Origin: Geminicoccaceae bacterium | GTDB lineage: Bacteria > Pseudomonadota > Alphaproteobacteria > Geminicoccales > Geminicoccaceae | Assembly: GCA_050729115.1 (NCBI GenBank) | Contig: JBOHKK010000001.1 | Span: 2,947 to 66,946, forward strand | Length of the DNA: 64,000 nt | Reading direction: 5' to 3' | In this document: piece after piece, positions 57,316 through 64,000 of the stretch | Layout: each line of letters opens with the position of its first letter | How positions within the stretch are numbered: the first letter of the stretch is position 1 | Notes under the pieces: model-generated | What the model was told of the DNA's origin: nothing | The model's database searches: none | Seen by the model: the letters and a program-made list of their open reading frames with translations, nothing else | Position numbers and translations under genes: made by a program

Positions 57316-57957
57316 ATGATCGAGACCTACTCCGACTGGCTGCAACTCTGGCCCTATGCGATCGTGACGATCGTCATCGCCTCATGGGTCCTCTATCACT
57401 TTCTGGCACCCGCGAGCTGGCGCGATTGGGCCAGCGCGGGACTGGTGCAAGCGTTCATCATCGCGCTGTACGCGGAGATGTACGGCTTCCCGCTCACGAT
57501 CTACGTCCTGACCAGCTTCCTGCCGATCGAGATCCCGCTGGTCCACGAGAGCGGCCATCTCTGGGCTACGCTTCTGGGCTACGGGAAGATCGGGGCTGGG
57601 ATGGAGATGGCGATCGGCTACGCCTTTGTGGTCACCGGCCTCATCATGATCATCAAGGGCTGGATCAAGGTCTACTATGCCGGCGGGCGGCTGGTCACGG
57701 ACGGGATCTACGGGATCGTGCGCCACCCGCAGTATACCGGCATCTTCCTCGCGATCTTCGGGCAGCTCGCGCACTGGCCAACCATCCTGACGCTGGCGCT
57801 CTCTCCGGCGATCGTCCTGGCCTACGCGCACCTGGCCCGATGGGAGGAGCGACGCCTGATCGCGCATTTCGGCCCCACATACATCGCGTATCAGCAGCAC
57901 GTGCCGATGTTCTTGCCCCGCTGGCAGACGATTCGCCAGCTGCTGGCGGCGTCCTGA
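57316..57957 (+). CDS. isoprenylcysteine carboxyl methyltransferase (ICMT/PEMT-like) family membrane protein
   Basis: LVTDGIYGIVRHPQYTGIFL...ARWEERRLIAHFGPTYIAYQQHVPMFLP is the characteristic C-terminal SAM-binding motif region. Confidence 0.8.
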   Translation: MIETYSDWLQLWPYAIVTIVIASWVLYHFLAPASWRDWASAGLVQAFIIALYAEMYGFPLTIYVLTSFLPIEIPLVHESGHLWATLLGYGKIGAGMEMAIGYAFVVTGLIMIIKGWIKVYYAGGRLVTDGIYGIVRHPQYTGIFLAIFGQLAHWPTILTLALSPAIVLAYAHLARWEERRLIAHFGPTYIAYQQHVPMFLPRWQTIRQLLAAS

Positions 57958-58039
57958 CCACGGCTCGGGTACGCCAATCACGTTCAGACGGGTTCAGCAA
58001 TCAGAACGGCAACTTCACAGAGTGCCGACGCTCTAAGGC

Positions 58040-58759
58040 ATGGCGGACATGGTGCGATGGGAGACTGAGGGGTTGCGGAGTCGACTGTATCGTTGGCGGC
58101 TACTGCCGTTTGGGGCCGTCATCGTCGGTGCTTGTTCCATGACTTCGGCGACGGCAGGCGAGGCCGTGTTGCTGGTCGATCCCACGGAAGCGCTCGACCA
58201 GACCTGGACCCACCAGCGCTTCGAGGGCGAGACCGACTACGAAAGGGTCACGCTCGACGGCATTGACGCGATCCGGGCCGTGGGCCGCGATTCCGCGTCC
58301 GGCCTCTATCGCGAAGTCCAGCTCCAGGTTTCCGACCACCCTTGGCTGGAATGGACTTGGCGCGTCGATCGGCTGCAAACGACGGCAGACATCCGCGTCA
58401 AGAATCGCGAGGACTTTGCGGCCGCGATCTTCCTGATCTTTGGCCGCCCGAGCATGTTCAATCGAGACGTGCCGACCTTGGCTTACGTCTGGACGAGCGA
58501 CCGACTGCCCGAAGGGTCGGTGGTCGACAGCCCCTATCATCCCGGCTCGGTGCGGGACATCGTCCTGCGCAGCGACGGAGATGACCTGGGACAGTGGCTC
58601 CGCGAACGACGCAACGTCGTGGAGGATTTCCGCAAGGCGTTCGGACGCGACCCTCCGCCGGTCGTGGAGGTCCTCGCGCTGTTCACGGATAACGACCAGA
58701 CGGGCGAGCCGGTAGAGGCCTATTACGGAGCGATCATCGCGCTCTCCGACTCGACATGA
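58040..58759 (+). CDS. DUF3047 domain-containing protein
   Basis: 239 aa. L.WTWRV...DFAAAIFLIFG......TLAYVWTS...GS ... ALFTDNDQTGEPVEAYYG matches my memory of DUF3047. Confidence 0.7.
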   Translation: MADMVRWETEGLRSRLYRWRLLPFGAVIVGACSMTSATAGEAVLLVDPTEALDQTWTHQRFEGETDYERVTLDGIDAIRAVGRDSASGLYREVQLQVSDHPWLEWTWRVDRLQTTADIRVKNREDFAAAIFLIFGRPSMFNRDVPTLAYVWTSDRLPEGSVVDSPYHPGSVRDIVLRSDGDDLGQWLRERRNVVEDFRKAFGRDPPPVVEVLALFTDNDQTGEPVEAYYGAIIALSDST

Positions 58760-58806
58760 CTCCCTCACGGAGGCTGGTCGCCGCGTTGGGGCCAGTTCTT
58801 GCCCGA

Positions 58807-59064
58807 TTAAGCATCCCTCCGATGCGCTTCATCCGCAGTCGCGCCAGCGCCTGCGCTCGCGATCAGAGCCAGTCCGACGAATCCGCCGAGGCCCAAGACC
58901 GTCGCCACTCCCGCGATCCGGAGTGCGGCCAGAACGGTCACAATATGTTTGCCTGTCTCGGGATCGTAGTCGTAGCGAAAGAGGAACAGCTGGTCGGTGA
59001 ACGAGCCGATTGTCCCATCAGCCGCCTCGATCAATCCGAACTTCAGGTCACGAGGCGGGTACAT
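58807..59064 (-). pseudogene. C-terminal remnant of an SCO/SenC-like protein with TM anchor
   Basis: YPPRDLKFGLIEAADGTIGSFTDQLFLFRYDYDPETGKHIVTVLAALRIAGVATVLGLGGF resembles the tail of membrane-anchored SCO-family proteins. The thioredoxin domain with CxxxC is missing. Confidence 0.35.
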
Positions 59065-59327
59065 AGCGGGCAACGCGACCGGCTGGCGTATGGTCGAAGT
59101 ACACCCTCTCACCGCTGGACGGACAAAGGGGCAGGGCTGAGCCAATCAAGGGCGAGGCACGCTTCCTCCGGGCAGAGGGCTCAGGCCACTGCCAAAGAGG
59201 TCCCCGCCCCCGCCGCCGTCGAGCGTGCGTATATGGGAGCTGCACGAAGCTTCTCCCACCTCTTGACCCGAGTTTCTCGCGATGAACTAGTACCCACTGT
59301 CGCAAGAACGTGAGCCATGAGCGTCTC

Positions 59328-59416
59328 GTCATTGCGAGCGCCCGAAGGGAGCGAAGCAATCCAGCGACTGCGGGCTGGTCTGGATCGCCACGACCGCTTT
59401 GCGGTCTCGCGATGAC
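59328..59416. repeat. REP/MITE-like nested palindromic element
   Basis: The outer arms are GTCATTGCGAG...CTCGCGATGAC. The inner arms are ATCCAG/CTGGAT and CCAGC/GCTGG. The cattgcgagcg...gaagcaatcc core resembles repeats common in Rhizobiales genomes. Confidence 0.6.
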
Positions 59417-59470
59417 GGGAAGGATGGCGCACGAACTTATGGTTTCGGGCACTAGAACGGCAAGATCCCG

Positions 59471-59924
59471 GTGACCGAGATCGAGCCCCGCCGTTACCTC
59501 GCCGAGTCGAATACGATCTTCTGGTTCCTCGCCGACGGCGGGCCGCTCCTGCCGGCGATGAGGCTCGAGCGGGCGGGGGGCTGCAGTGGCTGTTCTTCGA
59601 GCAGTACAGCCACGAGCCAGCGCTCGCCCTCGCCCGCTCCTGGCTGCCTAAGCATCTTCAAGCAGGGCGAGGATCGGCGCGAGGCGCTGGCAGAGCGGCA
59701 GCGCGCGGGCCACAACGTGCGGCAGGTCACGAAGGCGCGCTTGGCCAGAGCGCCGTTCCTGGTCGCCGAGCGCTATTCGATCGCCGACATCGTGCTCTAT
59801 ACCTGCACGCACGTGGTCCGACGTGACGGCATCGACCTCGCACCCTGTGCGGGCATCCCGGGCCTGGCTACGCCGGGTCGCTGCTCAGCTGGACCACACC
59901 CCGATCACGGCGCCGGTCGCCTAA
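59471..59924 (+). pseudogene. glutathione S-transferase, 5'-truncated with at least 3 frameshifts
   Basis: Pieces lie in three frames: YLAESNTIFWFLADGGPLLP..RLERA, then LQWLFFEQYSHEPALALARSWL, then FLVAERYSIADIVLYTCTHV..DGIDL, then RAWLRRVAAQLDHTPITAPVA*. The N-terminal thioredoxin-like beta-alpha-beta part is absent. Confidence 0.75.
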
Positions 59925-59934
59925 ACGGCGCGGC

Positions 59935-60933
59935 TCAAGCGAACAGCCGCTCCCCATCCAGTTCCCGATACAGGTGGGCGACGTATTCGCCGTAGCCGTT
60001 GAACAGCTGCGTCAGCACGCGTTCGTCACTGCCGAGCACGCGTTCGGTCGCCTGGCTCCAGCGCGGGTGCGGCACCTCGGGGTTGACGTTGGCCCAGAAA
60101 CCGTACTCCGATGGCTGGATCGCCTCCCAGAACGTCACCGGCCGCTCGTCGGTGAAGGTGAAGCGGACGATGGATTTGACCGACTTGAAGCCGTACTTCC
60201 ACGGCGCCACCAGGCGAAGTGGGGCTCCGTTCTGGCACGGCATCGGCCTGCCATAGAGACCGGTCGCGATGAAGGCGAGCTCGTTGGTCGCCTCGGCCAT
60301 GGTCAGGCCCTCGATGTAGGGCCAGGGATACCAGCTCTGGCGCTGGCCGGGCGCCATCTCGGCATCCATGAATGTCTCCATGCGAAGATAGCTGGCGCCG
60401 GACAACGGGCGGGCGAAGTCGACCAGCGCAGCGAGCGGAAAGCCGCTCCAGGGTACTGCCATCGACCAAGCCTCGACGCAGCGGTGCCGGTAGAGCCGCT
60501 CCTCGAGCGGCATCCGGCGGATGAGCTCGTCGGCGTCCAGCGCACGCGCCGTTTCCACCATGCCGTCGATCGTCACCGTCCAGGGCTGGAGCTGGAGCGC
60601 TTGCGCGGCGCTCGCGATCTGCTTGTGCGAACCGAACTCGTAGAAGTTGTTGTAGCTGGTTGCCCAGCTCTCCTCGGTGAGCGGACGATCGAGCCAGTAG
60701 GCGTCATTGCGCTGGACAGGGTAGAGATCCGCCCACGGATCCGGCGAAGGCTCGGGCTCGGCCTGCGCGCTTCGCATGTGCTCCGGCGCCATACGCAAGG
60801 CTGCCGGTGCGGCCAGGATCGCGCCGCCAAGGCCGAGCCCGGCCAGGATGCGACGGCGATCCAGGTAGACGCGCTCGGGCGTCGCCGCTTTCTCAGGCAG
60901 CTCCCAGGCGCGCTTCTTCCTGATGTTCATCAT
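59935..60933 (-). CDS. msrP: protein-methionine-sulfoxide reductase catalytic subunit MsrP (YedY)
   Basis: Tat signal DRRRILAGLGLGGAILAAPA. Contains YNNFYEFG, RHRCVEAWSMAVPWSGFPL, PWKYGFKS.KSIV and HPRWSQA motifs. Confidence 0.9.
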   Translation of the reverse strand: MMNIRKKRAWELPEKAATPERVYLDRRRILAGLGLGGAILAAPAALRMAPEHMRSAQAEPEPSPDPWADLYPVQRNDAYWLDRPLTEESWATSYNNFYEFGSHKQIASAAQALQLQPWTVTIDGMVETARALDADELIRRMPLEERLYRHRCVEAWSMAVPWSGFPLAALVDFARPLSGASYLRMETFMDAEMAPGQRQSWYPWPYIEGLTMAEATNELAFIATGLYGRPMPCQNGAPLRLVAPWKYGFKSVKSIVRFTFTDERPVTFWEAIQPSEYGFWANVNPEVPHPRWSQATERVLGSDERVLTQLFNGYGEYVAHLYRELDGERLFA

Positions 60934-61273
60934 GGCTCCTTGTGCCAGACAAGGCCACGACCAGCGCCACGCCCGGCGCGCCGAGCAGCGACCAGGCGGG
61001 CCAAGTGAGCGCGCTCTGGAGAATCGGAGCCCAGAGTGCCGGATGCAGGTAGCGCTGGGTGATCGCCTGGGCGAAGTTCAGGCTGCCGCGGTCGAGCGCG
61101 TACCAGAGCTCGCCCGCAGCAATCATGCGCCAGGTCCCGCCGGCTGCCGCGAGCAGCACCTCATAGCCGAGCGCCGCAAGGGCAAGGCAGACCAGCACCC
61201 AGCCCACCACCCGGCCGAGCCTAATCACCAGGCTCGCCCCGACTTCCTTCTCTGCTGCGTTCTGCACGAACAT
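60893..61273 (-). CDS. hypothetical membrane protein
   Basis: ATG at 61271..61273, 126 aa, 3 predicted TM. Overlaps the msrP start by about 40 nt. It lacks MsrQ-like His ligands as far as I can see. Confidence 0.45.
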   Translation of the reverse strand: MFVQNAAEKEVGASLVIRLGRVVGWVLVCLALAALGYEVLLAAAGGTWRMIAAGELWYALDRGSLNFAQAITQRYLHPALWAPILQSALTWPAWSLLGAPGVALVVALSGTRSHDEHQEEARLGAA

Positions 61274-61466
61274 CGCTCCAAGGCTCTCCTTCAGTCCTAC
61301 ATATGCGGCGCCAGCGGCGAACGGAAATGCCGGCTGCTCACAAATTCGATAGCCTCCGCTCATGGCGGCGGGTGTAGCCGCCGGTGCTGGAGCATTCTGA
61401 ACTTTAACACATCTCGCTGTCGGGTATGCTATGCTCCGCTGATCGCGACGCTCGGGGACCCGGCCG

Positions 61467-62486
61467 ATGGAAAGACCTGCCGATCTTACCGATGGCGCGG
61501 CCGGCAACCACTCTGCGCCAGATCCAGCGATCGCCCAGGCAAACGCCTGCGGGGTCGCTCGAGGCATCACGCGCCGGCGCGCCGGCCTGCTGCTTGCGTC
61601 CCTGGCGGCATCCTCATTTGCTGGCTGGACGATGCTACAAGCCGGTCCGTTCTCCGGACGGTCGGCTTTCGGGTCTATCCGCTCGATCACTCCGGAAGCC
61701 GGACGAGCGCTGTTCGACGAAGCCGCGGCGAGTGTTCTACCGACCACGGGTTTCCAGAGCCGGATTGCGTTGCAAGACAGCGTGCTCAAACTGGTCGCCG
61801 AGGGTGTCATCGATCCAGAGCGCTTCGCGTCGGTCTATGAGAGCCGCGGCGGGCTTCCGGTCGAGCTGAGGTACACCTTGATCTGGCCGTCCCTCCTGCC
61901 GATCCACCTGACCGCGGAGAACGCCGGTTACTATGTCAATCTGCTGTGGCCGCTCGGGCTCGCCAACTACATGTCGACGAACCAGACCAGCCCGGTCAAC
62001 GGCGATTCGCTGTTCAACCTCGCGTCGACCGGAGGATGGACCTTGGGCAAGGAGGAGAACGGCGGCGCATACTTCAACAGGTCCCGCATCGTCGAGCTGA
62101 CGCCCGAGCAGGAGGCGCTGGTGACCCGGGTCGCCAAGAACACCTACCGGCCCTGCTGCAACAACTCGACCTTTTTCCAGGACTGCAACCACGGCTCAGC
62201 TCTCCTCGGGCTGTTGGAGCTCGGCGCATCCCAGGGGCTGACCGAAGACGAGCTCTATCAGGAGGCGCTTGCATTCAATGCGTTCTGGTTCCCGCAGGTC
62301 TACATGCAGACCGCGCTCTACTTCAAGGTGGTGGAGGACATCGACTGGGCCGATGTCGATCCCAGGACGGTGATGAGCGCCCGCTATTCCGCGCTCGGAC
62401 CTTGGCGGGCAACCGTCGGGGCGCAGCTTGCCGAAATTCCCAATCTCCTTCCGGAGCAGGAAGACGGCGCCAGCTGCGGGACGTGA
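61467..62486 (+). CDS. hypothetical exported protein with YRPCCNNSTFFQDCNHGSA motif
   Basis: 339 aa with a Tat-like RRRAGLLLASLAASSFA. It has a Cys/His cluster, but I do not recognise the family. Confidence 0.6.
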   Translation: MERPADLTDGAAGNHSAPDPAIAQANACGVARGITRRRAGLLLASLAASSFAGWTMLQAGPFSGRSAFGSIRSITPEAGRALFDEAAASVLPTTGFQSRIALQDSVLKLVAEGVIDPERFASVYESRGGLPVELRYTLIWPSLLPIHLTAENAGYYVNLLWPLGLANYMSTNQTSPVNGDSLFNLASTGGWTLGKEENGGAYFNRSRIVELTPEQEALVTRVAKNTYRPCCNNSTFFQDCNHGSALLGLLELGASQGLTEDELYQEALAFNAFWFPQVYMQTALYFKVVEDIDWADVDPRTVMSARYSALGPWRATVGAQLAEIPNLLPEQEDGASCGT

Positions 62487-62504
62487 CGGGACCGACGCGT
62501 CGAC

Positions 62505-63358
62505 TCACCCCGGTCGGGCACGCTTCATCCGCGCTGCAACCTGCGGTCGGGGGCCAGAGATCGCCGGAGCTCCGTTGAGGTAGGCCCGGACGATGAGGTA
62601 GATTCCGATAAGAATCATCGGCATCGACAGAATCTGCCCCATGGTCAGCGTGCCGACAATGAAGCCGAGATGCGCGTCGGGCTCCCGAAACAGCTCGACG
62701 ACCGTGCGGCTAACGCCGTAGCCGAGGAAGAACACGCCGGTGAGAAGTCCGGTACGCCTGGTCATCCCGGGAAGATGCGCAAGCACGGCGAGCACGGCGA
62801 AGAGGGCGATGCCTTCGAGGAACGCCTCATAGAGCTGGCTCGGATGCCGCGGCAGAGCGCCGCCGTGCGGAAACGCGACCGCCCACGGAACGTCGGTCAC
62901 GCGGCCAAACAACTCACCATTGATGAAGTTGGCGATGCGACCGAAGAACAGCCCAATGGGCGCGGCCGCAGCCACGAGATCGCCGAGCGCCAACATCGGG
63001 AAACCCCGCCGGTGGGAGAACACCAGGACCGCCACGACGAGGCCGAGCAGCCCGCCATGGAATGACATCCCGCCTTGCCAGACATAGACGATCTCCACCG
63101 GGTTCTGGAGGTAATAGGCCGGCTTGTAGAAGAGCACGTAACCGAGCCGGCCGCCCAGGATGATACCCAGGACGGCCCAGCTCATAAAATCGTCGAAGTC
63201 CCTGGCATTCGGAGGAAAGTCGTTGCGCTTGGCGAGATGGACGCAGTAGCGCCAGCCGAGCATATCCCGACGATGTAGGCTAGGGCGTACCATCGTATCG
63301 CGAAGGGGTCGATGGCGATCACGACGGGATCGATGTTGGGGAACGTGATTGATGACAT
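62505..63358 (-). pseudogene. lgt: prolipoprotein diacylglyceryl transferase Lgt, frame broken near 63262..63266
   Basis: The N-terminus is in one frame, from the ATG at 63356..63358: MSSITFPNIDPVVIAIDPFAIRWYALAYIVGI. The rest is in track ORF 62505..63407: LGWRY...GGRLGYVLFY...GGMSFHGG...GRIANFINGELFGR...HPSQLYEA. Total length is 854 nt (3n-1), consistent with a 1-nt deletion in ggg-ata-(t)tg-ctc. Confidence 0.8.
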
Positions 63359-63736
63359 GCTGCTGCTCGGATGATCGGGACCTGAACCTATGCTGGGTCG
63401 ACTGCATCGTTCGCCGGTTTGGAACCAGTTACCCGGAGCCGTAATCCATCCATCTACTAGAAGGTCAACCCCTGTCATTGCAGCGAGCGTCCATCCGTGC
63501 CGGTGAGGGACGCCGCCTCCCTCGCTGTAGACTGGTAGACGATTCGGGCGAGCGTTTGCGCTCGAGGCGTCGCGAATCAGCTGTTCTGCGGCGCCTCCGA
63601 TGAAGGCTTTCCAATCTTCCGGTGCGCACCTACTGTTCGAACTCTCGCACCAATGAGTCAGAAGAGTTTTCAGGGGGATGCCGACGACGCCGATACTTCT
63701 CGATCCTCATCCGCCCGCGGATAAACAGGTCACGTA

Positions 63737-64000
63737 GTGCCGATTGTCTTCTATCTGGTGGTGGGTGCGCTCGTTGTCGCCTTCCTTGCGGCGGCGCTCA
63801 GAGTTCTGCGCGAGTACGAGCGGGCGGTGATGTTCACCCTTGGTCGCTTTACCGGGGTCATGGGTCCTGGGCTCATGATCATGGTGCCATTGATTCAGCA
63901 GATGGTCCGTGTGGATTTGCGGACGCACGTGCTCGATGTCCCCCAGCAGGACGTCATCTCCCGGGACAACGTTTCGGTGAGAGTCAACGCCGTCGTCTAC
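63737..64000 (+). CDS. SPFH/band-7 (stomatin/QmcA-like) protein, 5' part (runs off the window)
   Basis: Not in the track because it is open-ended. From the GTG at 63737: [88 protein letters not shown]. This is the typical stomatin-family N-terminus. Confidence 0.8.
   Translation, partial: MPIVFYLVVGALVVAFLAAALRVLREYERAVMFTLGRFTGVMGPGLMIMVPLIQQMVRVDLRTHVLDVPQQDVISRDNVSVRVNAVVY

Overview
This is a high-GC proteobacterial segment, probably alphaproteobacterial. That guess rests on CueR/HmrR-type boxes, a Rhizobiales-style REP element and gene content, and is not proven.

Positions 1 to about 13.3 kb look like core genome:
- the start of an E. coli-type NDH-1 operon on the minus strand (nuoA, nuoB, fused nuoCD, 5' part of nuoE)
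- an orphan TRAP solute receptor
- a complete Liv-type ABC amino-acid uptake operon
- a cobalamin-riboswitch-controlled hupE-cbtB-cbtA cobalt uptake operon

Positions about 13.4 to 57 kb form a dense accessory island for soft-metal and periplasmic thiol-redox functions:
- An ArsR-linked set of Cys-rich unknown proteins lies next to a mer operon (merR / merT merP merB-like merF merA). An IS1634-like element splits that operon, and its merA reading frame is broken.
- A second MerR-type operon encodes an HMA protein, a CcdA-like membrane protein and a P1B-ATPase with a non-canonical YPC motif.
- A DUF3179 gene pairs with a Cys-rich membrane protein gene.
- A CueR locus carries an unannotated Met-rich micro-ORF and an 844-aa protein that fuses an SDR domain to SPW-like and VKOR-like membrane segments.
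- Two tandem perfect CueR palindromes sit nearby.
- A rearranged mosaic segment is bounded by a roughly 200-bp duplication.
- A multicopper oxidase locus follows.
- A long copper, thiol and oxidase-assembly cluster runs DsbA, second micro-ORF, CcmG, TlpA, Met-rich protein, rhodanese, BNR protein, cytochrome c, CopG/DUF411, Sco, Cox11, orphan Rieske protein, second CueR, CcdA.
- A SilP/CopA-type Cu(I) ATPase closes the island.

The right end (57 to 64 kb) mixes intact genes (ICMT-like, DUF3047, msrP, a PCCNN-motif exported protein, SPFH) with decayed ones (SCO remnant, REP element, multiply frameshifted GST, frameshifted lgt).

I found four independent reading-frame breaks (merA, HWE kinase, GST, lgt). 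Either the locus is decaying or the assembly has indel errors.

All calls come from by-eye translation and motif recognition. No searches were run, and start codons and element ends may be off by a few nt.
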